A DNA stretch of 64,000 nt from the human T2T-CHM13v2.0 reference genome, Homo sapiens. A program made the position numbers and the translations under genes. The notes under the pieces were generated by a model. It searched no databases. It saw only the letters and a list, made by a program, of their open reading frames with translations, and had not been told where the DNA came from. Positions 13,831-28,420 of the stretch are shown in pieces. The DNA is taken from NCBI RefSeq assembly GCF_009914755.1, contig NC_060925.1. One strand, given 5' to 3'. Within the stretch, counting starts at the first letter, position 1. Each line of letters starts with the position of its first letter.

Positions 13831-15074
13831 CAAGCCCACAAAGAGCACAGTTCATGATTAGTTAGGAAATTTGGGGTATTTCTCAAAATAAATGTTAGAC
13901 ATCATTACCATTATTGATGTTCTTGTTATTTTTATTATTCCAATGTATTGTTTGTTTTTGAGAGAGTAGAATTATAGTTTGTGTTTTTATGCATTACTAC
14001 AGATTGATTGATGAATAATATGTGTAAAATTAAAAATGGAAACCACGTAAATCTGTCTAACTAAGCTGACCAGGCATAATTACCTGGGAATAAAAATATA
14101 AAAAAAAGCAAAAGAAACTCTAAATTAAAAAGCAAAAACAAAACTGGAAGTTTATTTCATTTTACACGTAGACTGATAATGGAATAGTCAGATAGTCATG
14201 ATAAGAAGAAAGGATGCTCTTTATTCTTCCTATGAGCTTACATAATAAACATTTAATTTTTCTAACTAAATTGGCATCTTTTCTGTATGTTTTATTTTCT
14301 AGATTGTAAGTGGTACAAAGAAGTCAGTGACACACTTGCTGAATGACAACGTAATATACAATATTGGGATTGAAATACAGATTTTCCTATTTTCTTAGTT
14401 TTGAAAATCAACTAGAGATTGCTCAAATATATTAAAAGTAGGAAGAACTTTTCATACTATGTGCAGACTATTATCTGATAATAAGCACAAATAAAATTTG
14501 ATTGACATTAAATATAAGTAACTGGAAATTATTGTTATTCCTGTTAGAGTGAATACCTACTATAACAATCGCCTCTATTTGAAGATCTTCTTACCATTCA
14601 TTTAATTTACATAAACTATTGTTGACGATAAAAAGCAAACAAACTTTTCACTACCAGTTACATTCTAAATGTCCGTTAATAAGATAAAATTCAAGTTTAT
14701 AACTAAGAATGTTTAAGGTAAGTAAAATATATAGAGAAAAAATTTCAAATTAAAATATAAATAATTCATAACCTGTTTCTAAATTAAATAATCTCAATAT
14801 GAAATTCAATTGACAGATAAAAATTTGTCCCCAAAATTAAATTATTCTAAAATTTTTTTTTCCACAGAATTACTTGCATTTTAAAAAATACTTTCACTAT
14901 TGAGTCATCTAAAACTAACTGGACAAAATGTAAAGGCCTAAGAACAACTGGTCTAGAAGTTTAAATTTAATAATTGCTTCTTGTCAAATGTTTACTATCT
15001 AGAGTTTATACTCAGGTAATTAAAGACTTGGGGATTTTGAAGGCCATGGCCTTGTATACTGAATGGCTGAACTG

Positions 15075-15131
15075 AAAACAAAAACAAAAACAAAAACAAA
15101 AACAAAACAAAACCAAAAAAAAAAAAAAAAC
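15075..15131. repeat. (AAAAAC)n / poly(A) simple repeat
   Basis: Directly visible. Confidence 0.9.
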
Positions 15132-16951
15132 AGCCAGAGGTCTATGTGCTGTGATATTTATTGTTGCTCAGAAGAGTGGAACTACTGGCAATATTTTCTT
15201 TTCAGAAGTTAGTCTGGCCTCATCCTTTGAGACCCAAGCCCAGGAGTGTAAACAAACATCTATAAAGAAACAGAAGCAGCAATCTGGAAATGGTGTCTAA
15301 TACAACCTCTTTTATCCCCACCCTTTGAGGCAATTCAAATCAAAGGAATTCATTTAAAAAAGAAAAATCTCAGCAAGCATTCTAGTGATAGTTCATGCAA
15401 CAACTCCTTTATTTCACTAGTGGGAAATTGAAAAGAATTTGCCCAACGCAGTTAAGAAACTGAATTCCTGTTGTTGCAATATCCTGACTATATTCTCTTC
15501 TAGTTGAAAACAAATCCTAGATCCTATTTTGCGCATTCCCACTTTCAAGCAGCAATATTTTGTATTTAAGATATTATTTATAAATTATTTTTTAAAATAA
15601 TGCCAACTATTATTTAAACCCCACAAATTCTTGAAAAACTGATTTTATCGAATTTCAGCCTTCATTCATTCATTCATGTAGAAATATAAACCAGGCTGCT
15701 ATCTGCATAAAAATATTTGATGAACCATATCACCAGCTAAGTACAAGGAACTTCATAAAAATTTTGTGAAATATTACAATGTCTAAGTTTTACTAGATAG
15801 CAATTGACAAATATGTTATGTAGTTGAAAGCCAAAAATATATATATATACTTAAAACCATAATTAGTTCTATGTTATACGATATTGAAATCAATTTAGAA
15901 GTTTCACTATAGCTGTGTAGCCTTATGTTTTCTTCTTTAAAATAAATTTAATAAATAACAGCTATTGTAGCTACTCCACTTGGACTTTACTTATAACACT
16001 TTCTTTTTTTTTACTTGGAATGTAAATAGAATGGCAACCTTCAATGTTAGACATATATTACAACTTCGCTGAACATGCTATATGTTTGTTTGCTTGTTTT
16101 TGCCAAAAAGACATGGCATTTTCAATGGGACAGCTAAAATAAGTAAGGTTATACTCATCAAAATTCTTTATATATGTCTGAAAACCATTACCACCTGATA
16201 ATTCAGTTGGTGCAAGACTTCTAAGTACCTTTGTCTGAGGTTGTTTTGTTTGTTAGTAGGCTAGCTGAAAAATGAGATTAGCACTAAATCTATTAGTGTC
16301 AGAATAGAAAACAATCAAGAGTTCATGGAAATGAAAACATGTTAAGAAGCCAGAATAGGGAAAATAAATTAATAGAGAAAAATCTCATCCTTTCTGGAAG
16401 ATGATAGACTGCAGTTTAAAGAACTGGGGGTTTAAAGCTATGGGGACACTGGCGATTTAAGAGGGTGAAACACTGCAGGCCAAGGGAGCAGGCAGGTAGA
16501 AAAGTAAGGATGTTATGACACCTATCTTCCCTTAGCAGTTCGATAGATCCATAAGAGGAATTTGAGAAGTCGCTCATTAACTAGAATTTATACAATAAAG
16601 AAGTTATTCAGTAAAAGGTACTACTCAATTAAGTATAGAAAGAGTACAATTTCTGCTTTTATATTTCCAATGTCCATTTTTGTTTCATGTATATCTTGTT
16701 CTTTTATAATTATACAGTTAAAAAAAGTCATTTTAGCAAAAAAGTCATGTAAACCAATCACTCAGAAATAAATTTTATTTTCCAACCATTTCCTATATTT
16801 ATTTGTTGTCTATAAATGGAAACCTGGGTGTATATGATTTGATATTTTTTCTCATGTTATAAGACATTAATTTCTTTCAATGTCAACAAATACAAATACA
16901 ATAAATAAGGAGAAAATATGATCATATTCATTTTATAGAAAATAAAATTGT

Positions 16952-17301
<350 letters not shown>

Positions 17302-17614
17302 CTAAACTTTCATGGTATCTCTCCATGCAGTCATTACTAGGAGTGAAAGTGGCAATCAAATGTTACGTAACATGTGTTTTGACTTTTACTATCAAAATGA
17401 CAGAAATAAATACCATTATAATTTCCTCAATAATGTATGTATAATATATATGTATTTATATGTAATTATACATGTAACTATATATGCAATTATACATGAA
17501 GTTATATATGTATGCCATTACTCATCATTATTTTCATTTTTGCTAAACATTCATTTACATTTTTAATTTATATTTTTGATTACTTTTGGAATGTCTCCAT
17601 ATTATTATGAATAA

Positions 17615-18011
<397 letters not shown>

Positions 18012-18324
18012 TAAACTTTTTATTTAAATTTTGAACATGTATTTGAATTATATGTATCAAAACACTGCCACTCTGACTTTTTGCTTAGTGGAGTGTAATC
18101 TACACTTCTAATGTCTTGTGTCTTTGAGTTCATTCTTTAAAATCCTTTTTCACCTCAATTATATTTTCTTTTAGTATGTTTATGGCTTGTCTCTTTACAT
18201 TTCAATATTTGGTTCATTCAGTATTTATTTGACCAATAATACAAGGGAAATCAAACAATTAAATTATTTAGTCTAATGTCCTAATTTCATTAAAGTAATA
18301 ATCTAATCTAGCATATTGCTTTGA

Positions 18325-18721
<397 letters not shown>

Positions 18722-19274
18722 TTATTTTACTTTTTATTGATGTGACTTACTACCCGGGAGGGATATTTTCCATTTATAATTTTTTCAAAAATTTTCTTAT
18801 TCTATTTGTTTAAGTAGGTAGATATCAGAATCATTTTATGAGGAAAAGGAACTCCTTGCTAGTTTGACCAAGATTTCGCCAAATCTCAGAAGAGTTAGTT
18901 TTTCAATATTACTCAGCAAAACTTTGTAATTATCTCTAAAACAATTCTTGTTTTAGTATTCCTATATATTTTATACTTTTGTTGGGATATTTTTCATTTT
19001 ACTTTTTTACCCAGTTGATAAGAGTTAATATACTAATATCTGATCATGTGTTCAATTTTTATTGCTGGACTTTTTGATATTTCTCTACTGAAATCATTTT
19101 AAAAATTATTTAATATTTGGAATAAATAGCATGTGTAGGACAGAATGGCATCAATATAAATAGAGATGTATATTTAGGCTTGTCAATTATATATATTTTT
19201 ATACATATACATATCAGAATCTTATTAATTATTCAAGTTCAGTAATATATACAAGACAGATGGGTTGTTGTTTT

Positions 19275-22128
19275 TTATTTTTATTTTTAATTTTTTTATT
19301 TCAATAGCTTTTGGGGTATAAGTGGTGTTTGGTTACATGGGTGAATTACATAGTGGTGAATTCTGAGGCTTTAGTGCCCTGCTCACCCAAGTAGTATACA
19401 CTGTACTCAATATGTAAGTTTTTTTCCCCACACTCCTCTTCCACCCTCTCCCTACCGAGTCTCCAAAGTCCAAAATACCACTCTGTATGCCTTTGTATGC
19501 TCCTAGCTTAGCTCCCACTGTAAGTGAAAACACACAGTATTCGGTGTTCCATTCCTGAGTTACTCCACTTAGAATCATGTCGTCTAATTTATCCATCCAA
19601 GTTGCTGCAATATTCCATTCCTTTCTATGGCTGAGGAGCATGCCATGGTGTATCTATACCACATTTTCCTTATTCACTCATTGGTCCGTGGGGACTTAGG
19701 CTGGCTCCACATCTTTGCGATTGCAAATTGTGCTGCAATAAACATATACATGCTGATGTCCTTTTCATATAATGACTTTTTTTTTTTTCCTTTGGGAAGA
19801 TACCCAGTAGTGAGATTGCTGGATCAAATGGTTGATCTACTTTTAGTTCTTTAAGGAATCTCCATGCTTTTTTCTATAGATATTGTGCTAATTCACATTC
19901 CAACCAGTAGTGTATATGCGTTCCCCTTTCACCACACCTACATCAACATCTACTGTTTTTTGACTTTTTAATAATGACCATTCTTGCTGGAGTAAGATGG
20001 TATATGATTGTGGTTTTCATTTGCGTTTCCCTGATGATTAGTGATGTTGAGTATTTTTTCATCTTTTTTGGCCACTTGTATATCTTCTTTTGAGAAAGGT
20101 CTACTTATGTCATTTGCCCACTTTTTGATGGGGTTATTTGTTTTCTTTCTTACAGGCTTGTCTGAGTTCCTTGCAAATTCTGGATACTAGTCCTTTTACG
20201 GATTCATAATTCACGAATATTTTCTCCAACTCTGTGGGTTGTCTTTTTACTGTGATAATTTCTTTTGCTGTGCTTTTTAGTTTAATTAGGTAGGTCCCAT
20301 TTATTTACTTTTGTTTTTGTCACATTGCTTTTGGGGTTTTGGTTATGAATTCTTTTTCTAGGCCAATCTCTAGAAGAGTTTTTACAAGATTATCTTCTAG
20401 AATTGTTATGGTTTCAGGTCTTATACTTAAGTTTTGGATCTATCTTGAGTTTATTTTAATATAACATGAGAGATAGGGATCCAGTTTCATTCTTCTGCAT
20501 GTGGCTAGCCACTTTTCCCAGCACTATTTATTAAATAAGGCGTCATTTCCCCAATGTATGTTTTTGTATGCTTTGTCAAAGATCAGCTGGTCGTTAAGTA
20601 TTTGGCTTGATTTCTGGGTTACCTGTTCTCTTCCATTGGTCTATGTGCCTACTTTCATACAAATACCATGTTATTTTCATAACTGTAGCCTTATAGTATA
20701 ATTCAAATTTGGTTAATGTGATGCCTCCAGATTTGTTCTTGTTGCTTAGGATTGCATATATTATTTGGGCTCTTTTTAAATTCTATATAAATTTTCGGAT
20801 TGATTTTCTAATTCTATGAAAAATAGTGCTGGTATTTTGATGGGAATTGCATTGAATTTGTAGATTGCTTTGAGAAGCATGGTCATTTTCATAATATTGA
20901 TTCTTCCTATCCATGAGCAAGAAATGTGTTTCCAGTTGTTTGTGTCATCTATGATTCCTTTCATCAGTGTTTTGTAGTTCTCCTTGTAGAGATTTTCCAC
21001 CTCCTTGGTTAAGTATATTCCTAGGTATTTTATTCAATTTTTTGCAGCTATAGTAAAAGAGATTGAGTTCTTGATTTGATTCTCACCTTGGTCATTGTTG
21101 GTGTACAGCAGGTACAGCAGTGCCATTGATTTGTGTACATTGATTTTGTAACCCGAGCTTTTACTGAATTTGTTTATCAAATATACAAGTCTTTTGTAGG
21201 AGTCTTTAAGGTTTTCTAGGTAGACAATCATATCATTGGCAAACAGCAATAGTTTGAATTCCTCTTTTGCAATGTGGATGCCCTTTATTTCTTTCTCTTG
21301 CCTCATCATTTTCTCTAGGACTTCTAGAATAGAAATGGTGAAATTGAGCATCCTTGTCTTGTTCCTGTTCTCAAGGTGAATGCTTTGAACTTTTCCCCCA
21401 TTCAGTATGATGTCAGCTACGGGTTTGTCATATGTGGGTTTTATTATTTTGAGGCAAGTTCCTTCTGTACCTAGTTTTTTTATAGTTTTTATCATAAAGG
21501 ATGCTAAATTGTATTGAATGCTTTTTCTGCATCTATTGAGATGATCATATGGTTTTTGTTTTTAATTCTGTTTACGTGATGTATCACACTTATTGACTTG
21601 CACATATGAAACCACCCCTGCATCCCTGGGATGAAACCCAATTGATCATGGTGTATTATCTTTTTGATGTGCTGTTGGATTTGGTTTGCTAATATTTTGT
21701 TTATGATTTTTGCATATTTGTTCATCAGGGATATTGGTTTTTAGTTACTTTTTTGTTATGTCCTTTCCTGATTTTGATATCAGGATGACACTGGCTTCAT
21801 AGAATAATTTAGGGAGGATTCCCTCTGTCTCTATCTTTTAGAATAACGCCAACATGATTGGTACAAATTCTTCTTTGAATGTCTGATTGAATCCAGTTAT
21901 AAATCTATCTGGCCCTGGGCTTTTTTTTTTTTGGTGGTGGCTGGGGGTAATTTTTTAATTGCTGATACAGTCTTGCTACTTGTTGTTGATCTGTTCAGGG
22001 TTTTTATTTCTTCGTGATTTATGTTTTCAGGAATGTATCCATTTTCCCTAGGTTTTCTAGTTTGTGTGCATAGAGGTGTTCATAGCAGTCACAAATAATC
22101 TTTTTGTGTCTGTGGTATCAGTTGTAAT
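19275..22128 (-). mobile_element. L1PB2/3-like, 5'-truncated
   Basis: 3'UTR reverse AATAGCTTTTGGGGTATAAGTGG...; ORFs 21034..21495 and 21504..21725 are RT-domain remnants ([20 protein letters not shown]). Confidence 0.9.
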
Positions 22129-23039
22129 AAAAAGAGATGTTTTAATACTTCCTACTTTTAATGTGCTTTTTAGCAATTTTGCTTGTTTTTAGAAAAAAAA
22201 ATCTTAATTTAGCAAATTATCATGGAATGAATAAATTAAAGGCAGAAATAGTAAAATATTATCTGATTTTATAATAGCCAACACTTACAAGTGATACATT
22301 AGGTTTATTTGATTTTGTTTATTGCATTTTGTTTTCTTCTTTTGCTTCTATTTCTTTGTAATTTCTCTGTGATAACTATAATTCTTAGCTTTCACCTTCT
22401 CTTTCTAGTGTGTGTTCAGAGAGTGGTTTTTTTCCTGTTAATGATTACGTTTCAGATTTTCAGGAGCATTTATTGATCTGAATCATGTTACATTATAAAG
22501 TCAAATGTGAAACGCGTTGCGTGTCCCAGCTAATTAGCTAAGCTTTCATCCCACCTGTTATTTCTTTGTGAAATGTTTTAGCATAGTGCTATTATTCCAT
22601 ATAATTTTACTTTATATAAAACATCTGTAGAGAAAAAAAAATTTGCCTTCTCTTTACAGTAACATTTATTTTACTTTGTCTCTATTTTGAATGGCTTAAG
22701 CACACATATACTACCTTTTTGTACCTTGACTTTCTTATACTTTCCTATACTTGCTTCATCTGTTTCCGTTGTATGTGTGTGAATGTGTGTATAGAGTTAA
22801 AAAAAGTTATACGTTACACAAACTTTGTAAAGCTTTTACACATGATAAAAAGGCATAATTGCAACATGAGTTTTAAGCTTTTTTTTCAACTTCATTAATG
22901 TGGCTTCACTGATTTTAAGTAATTGTTTCCGAGAAAACTGTAAACATGATTTTTTATAGATTTACTCAATGTGTTACATTTCATTTGCTCACCATTCTTC
23001 ATTCCACACTTTCCTTCTTTTATAACATTTCTTCATTTT

Positions 23040-23650
23040 TAATGCAATCTTTAAAATTTCCCTTAGGATCTTTTAGCACCTAACTCTCAGAAAAGTCGTC
23101 ATTTCTGAAAGATAGCATCCTTGGACATAGGATTGTAGCTTGATGGCAATTTCCTCTCATAATTCAAAGATATCACTCCACTGTCTTCTGGCTGCCATTG
23201 TTACAAGGAGGCAAAAAATTATTACATTAATTGCCTTTCCTTTGTAGGCAGTCTAGCCCTTATTTTTGGGTGCTTTTAAAATACTCTTTTTGATTTTATT
23301 TTATACTCTGATTTTCTTTCATATATTTCTGGGTATAGATTCATACTTGTTATTCCTGTTTGGAATTATTGATCTTCCTGAATCTGAGAACCTGTGTCTT
23401 TCATCGATACTGGAATATTGAGTATTAATTCATATATTTGATTAATAGATTTTGAAAATTGCATTTCTTCAATTATTTCTATCCTCTTTGGTATATATCA
23501 AAGTATTTCTTGTTCTCTTCTTTATTTTCATGTGCCTGTCTGTTGCACTTCCCATCTCCTGTCTTTGTGACTTTCATTTTGGGTTTTCCTTTTTCGGATA
23601 TGATACTCAATTTACACTCCCCGCAAATGTTTCTTATCATCTGCTCACTC
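23040..23650 (-). mobile_element. Ancient L1M/HAL1-type ORF1-region fragment (appears to continue after ~25750)
   Basis: GAAAGATAG...GATATCACTCCACTGTCTTCTGGCTGCCATTGTT motif typical of reverse old-L1 ORF1. Confidence 0.5.
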
Positions 23651-23662
23651 CACCCATTGATT

Positions 23663-25737
23663 AATTTTTTTTAAAATATTTTTTATTTCTAAAGGTCTTG
23701 GGGGCACAGGTGGTATTTGGTTACATGAATAAGTTCTTTAGTGGTAATTTGTGAGATTTTGGTGCACCCATCATCTGAGTAGTGTACACTGAGCCCAATC
23801 TGTAGTCTTTTATCCCTCACCCTCCTCCCTACCTTTCCTCCGAGTTCCCAAAGTCTATTGTATCATTCTTATGCATTTGCATCCTTTTAGCTTAGCTCCC
23901 ACTTACGAGTGAGAACATACAATGTTTGGTTTTTCCATTCCTGAGTTTCTTCACTTAGAATAACAGTCTGCAGTTCCATCCAGGTTGCTGCAAATGCCAT
24001 TAATTTGTTGCTTTTTATGGCTGAGTAGTATTCTATTGTGTGTGTGTGTGTGTCTGTGGTATGTGTGTGTATATATATATATGATATTCTATCATATATA
24101 TCTACATATAGTGTATATAAATTTATATATTGTATAAATGTAAATATATATAGTATATTTTATATACACTACATATACAGTATATATAGTGTATATATAG
24201 ATATATATATGTATGTGTGTGTATATATATATATATATAAAATCACAATTTCTTTATCCACTCATTGATTGATGGGCACTTGGATTGGTTTCATATTTTA
24301 GCAATTGTGAATTGTGCAGCTATAAACATGCACGTGTAAGTATCTTTTTCATATAATGACTTCTTTTCCTCTGGGTAGTTACCCAGTAGAGGGATTGCTG
24401 GAACAAATGGTAGTTCTATTTATAGTTCTTTAAGGAATCTCCACACTGTTTTCCATAGTTGTTGTACTAGTTTGCATTCCCACCAGCGGTGTAGAAGTGT
24501 TCCCTTTTCACCACATCCATGCCAACATCTATTATTTTTTGATTTTTTGATTATGGCCATTCTTTCAGGAGTAAGATGGTATCACACTGTGGTTTTGATT
24601 TGCATTTCCCTGATCATTAGTGATGTTGAGCATTCTTTCATATGTTTGTTGGCCATTTGTATATCTTCTTTTGAGAATTATTTATTCATGTCCTTAGCCC
24701 ACTTTTTGATGGGATTGCTTTTTTTCTTGCTAGTTTGTTTGAGTTCATTGTACACTCTGGATATTATTCCTTTGTCAGATGTATAGATTGTGAATATCTT
24801 CTCCCGCTCTGTGGGTTGTCTGTTTACTCTGCTGACTGTTGCTTTTTTTGTGCAGATCCTCCAAAAAGCTCCTAGAACTGATAAATGAATTCAGCAAAGT
24901 TTCAGGATACAAAATTAAGGTACACAATCAGTAGCTCTGTTACACACCAACAGCAACCAAGCCGAGAATCAAATAAAGAACTCAACCACTTTTGCAATAA
25001 CTGCAAAAAAATGAAACACTTAGGAATATACCTAACCAAGCAGGTGAAAGACCTCATAAGGAATACTACAAAACACTGCTGAAAGAAATCACAGACAAAT
25101 GGAAATACATCCCATGCTCATGGATGGGTAGAATTAATATTGTGAAAATGACTATACTGCCAAAAGCAATATGCAAATTCAATGCAATTCCCAGCAAAAT
25201 GCCACTATCATTCTTCACAGACTAAAATTCATATGGAACCAAAAAAGAGCCCACATAGCCAAAGCAAGACTAAGCAAAAGGAATAACTCTGTAGGCATCA
25301 CATTACCTGACTTCAAACTATACTATAAGGCCATAATCACCAAAGCAGCATGGTACGGGCATAAAAATAAGCATGTAGAGCAGTGAAACAGCATAGAGAA
25401 TCCAGAAATAAACCCAAATACAGCCAACTGATCTTAGACAAAGCAAACTGATCTTAGACAAAGTGTTCCCCACTTTATGTTTTTATGGGGAACACCCTAT
25501 CCAACAAATGGTGCTGGGATAATTGGCCAGCCACATATAGGAGAATGAAACTGGTTCCTCATCTCTCACCTTATACAAAATTCAACTCAAGATGGATCGA
25601 AGACCTTAAACTAAAAAATTTCTAGAAGATAACATCAGAAAAACCCTTCTAGACATTGGATTAGACAAAGACTTCATGACCCAGAATCCAAAAGCAAATG
25701 CAACAAAACAAAGATAAATAGATGGAACTTAATTAAA
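23663..25737 (-). mobile_element. L1PB1 with 5' inversion (minus 23663-~24856, plus ~24857-25737)
   Basis: L1PB1-type 3'UTR (GGTTACATGAATAAGTTCTTTAGTGG); strand switch at GTGCAGATCCTCC; TSD CCATTGATT at 23654 and 25738. Confidence 0.9.
24037..24240. repeat. (TG)n/(TA)n compound microsatellite inside L1PB1
   Basis: Directly visible. Confidence 0.9.
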
Positions 25738-26759
25738 CCATTGATTGTTTTTTAAATCAATTTTTACATTCTTATTTTCTTGAAATTATTTTTGGTTTTA
25801 ATCAAATATGCTTGGTCATTTTGATAAATTTTAATTTTTATCACAATTTTGATTTTCTATTTTTAGAGTTTGACAATAAATCAGTATTATATTGATTATA
25901 TTTCACTCTCATATCTGCAGTTGTACATTTTGTTGGTTTTGTTGATGCTCATTCCTTTTCTATTTTCTCCCATAAATTTTAAGATTTTCGATTGTGAGTT
26001 TATGTTTTTCATCATATTTAGTTTAGAAAAATTTTTAAGACCAGATTCAAAATGCCTACACCGAAGAGGATATTTGCTAGTTTCCTGGAAATATTTACAA
26101 CCTAGGAATAATTTAAAAATACATATTTTGCTTGGTGTTTTTCTGGACCCCTAAGTAATATGAATTGCCCTGAATCCAAGTCAGCATTGAATTTTGTTTA
26201 GAGGTTTTCAAATGAGTGTTTTCTCCTCTCCATCCCGTACCAAAGAGAATTATAAATCCTACTCTCTCTGTTTATATAATACTTTTCTCTCTCTGTCTGT
26301 CTCTCTTCTTTTTTTTCTATGTAGTTAGCCCACTGAACATGTGGACTTTCAGCAAATTCAGCTTTATTGAATGGGTCTACCATATGACCTCTAGTCTTCT
26401 ACTGCTTTACTCATTAATATCTAGATTCAGTATCAACAGGAATGAGCAGATAATCCATAGGCAAGCAATAGCTCCAAAACTTTTTTGACCCTATGGGTGT
26501 AAAGATTTTCACTTCTGAAGAATTTTCTTTCTTCTCTATCAGCTCAGACATGTATGTCGAAAGCTGTATTTTTATGTTGTCCAGCATTTCTAGATGTGCC
26601 CACCACATCTAGAAACTGAGGAGTTTCTCAGATAATTTACTGTGTAGCATTTTAAAAAGAGAAGTCCAATTTAGTTTTCTTAAATTTTTCATTTATTTTA
26701 AAAAATATTTGTCATCAATTATTGATTTCAAAATTTCCCAGGGTATTTCAAGATAAGAG

Positions 26760-26845
26760 TGCTATGGTTTGAATGTTTGTGCCCTTCAAATGCATATTGA
26801 AACTTAATCCCTCATGTGGAGATTTTGGGAGACGGGGCTTTTCAG
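26760..26845 (+). mobile_element. MaLR LTR 5' fragment (MST/MLT1A-like)
   Basis: TGCTATGGTTTGAATGTTTGTGCCCTTCAAATGCATATTGAAACTTAATCCC. Confidence 0.7.
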
Positions 26846-27049
26846 AGTTAATTTTGTGTTCACTTCTACTCTCCTTCAGAAGGCTTTTGATTTGTTTGCT
26901 TCTGCTCGGTTCTCTGTATAAGAGACCACAGTCAAATATTTTTGTCTGAACATAGTTTTTAAGCCTCAAGGCTGATCTTATTCACACTGGCTCCTGAGGC
27001 TTTTTCATCCCAATTTTTTCTCTCAAAAAAGCTATGTCATACACTTCCA

Positions 27050-27999
27050 AAGCAATAGTCTTTGGTGGAAAGACAATAAACCAACTTGGTCTGTGCCTCT
27101 AGGAAACTCCCATAATGAGAAGAGAACACTTAATCACGATCATGTGAGGTGCCTACTGCTAAGGCTGCAAGTACAGAGCTACCCCTGGGAAGAAGGAAGG
27201 AGCAAAGAAGAATATTCTCTGCAACTCTTTTCCCTTAAGGTTTCAAGGATTGCAAATATCACTTCCACCCCGTTACTTTAGATAGAAACAGTCATATGGC
27301 TAACCTTGCTTTTAACAGCACCAGTAAAATGTCATCTTTATTTCTGGCAGCCATATCCCAAAAGAAAAACTTGGGGTTCAAAGGATTTTAAATCACTCTA
27401 CTATAAAGACACATGCACAGGTACATTTATTGCAGCACTGTTCACAATAGCAAAGACTTGGAAACAACCCAAATGCCCATCAGTGATAGACTGGATAAAG
27501 AAAACGTGGCACATATACACCATGGAATATTATGCAGCCATAAAAAAGATGAGTTTATGTCCTTTGCAGAGACATGGATGAAGTTGGAAACCATCATTCT
27601 CAGAAAACTAACACAGGAACAGAAAACCAAAAACTGCATGTTCTCACTCATAAGAGGAGTTGAACAATAAGAATACATGGACACAGGGAGGGGAACATCA
27701 CACACCAGGGCCTTTCGGTGGGTGGGGGACAAAGGGAGGGAGAGCATTAGGACAAATACCTAATGCATGAGGGGTTTAAAACCTAGATGACGGGTTGATG
27801 GGTGTAGTAAACCACTATGGCACATGTATACCTATGTAACAAACCTGCAAGCTCTGCACATGTACCCCAGAACTTAAAGTAAAATAAAATAAAATAAATA
27901 AATAAATAAATATTAATAAGCCAAAAAAAGAGAAAAGCTTGGGGTTATATTGCCATAGAAGTTAGGAGGGAAAATATTCAACTAGCAGTGTCTGCCACA
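27050..27999 (-). mobile_element. Old MLT1 (J/K-like) LTR split by L1PA8
   Basis: CAGTCATATGGCTAACC...TTTATTTCTGGCAGCCATATCCC on the left; ends ...GTGTCTGCCACA on the right. Confidence 0.55.
27379..27925 (+). mobile_element. L1PA8-like short 3' end with TSD
   Basis: GAGAGCATTAGGACAAATACCTAATGCATG...AAAACCTAGATGACGG; AAAA(G)CTTGGGGTT on both flanks. Confidence 0.9.
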
Positions 28000-28089
28000 G
28001 GATGACTTCTTCTTAGTTCAATGAAGAGCCTGGGCCATAGAGCCATGCCTATTCATATTTTAGATCTGCCACCTTTAGTGATGACTAGT

Positions 28090-28215
28090 GGGTTTGTTTC
28101 CAATGAGGGTAATACAGTAGGGTATATCCCAGGATTGTCATGCAGATAAAATACAATAAAATAGTTTTTAGCAGAGTGCTGGGCACTATGTACAGAGCTC
28201 TATAAATATTAGTCA
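28090..28215 (+). mobile_element. MIR
   Basis: CCCAGGATTGTCATG...TTAGCAGAGTGCTGGGCAC...ATAAATATTAG. Confidence 0.55.
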
Positions 28216-28301
28216 TGATTATTCTAAATAATGATGCTCATAATGCTGATGATAATGATTGTGTGGTCTGTCCCATATCTTTTAGATTTTTTCTAAAATT
28301 T

Positions 28302-28420
28302 ACAATCAATTTTCTTTGTACATATGTTCAGTAACTACTGTGTGTCAGGCACTGTTCTAGACACTGAGTTGAAACAGTGAAGAAAACAAACCAAGGTCTT
28401 GCTCTAAAGGAGCTTCTGAC
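28302..28420 (-). mobile_element. L2 3' end
   Basis: CTACTGTGTGTCAGGCACTGTTCTAGACACTG...GGTCTTGCTCTAAAGGAGCTT. Confidence 0.7.

Noticed and set aside
14658-14723. 60-nt segment ending in a perfect AAG|GTAAGT donor
   Set aside because: Stops in all frames and a mediocre acceptor; such donors are expected by chance
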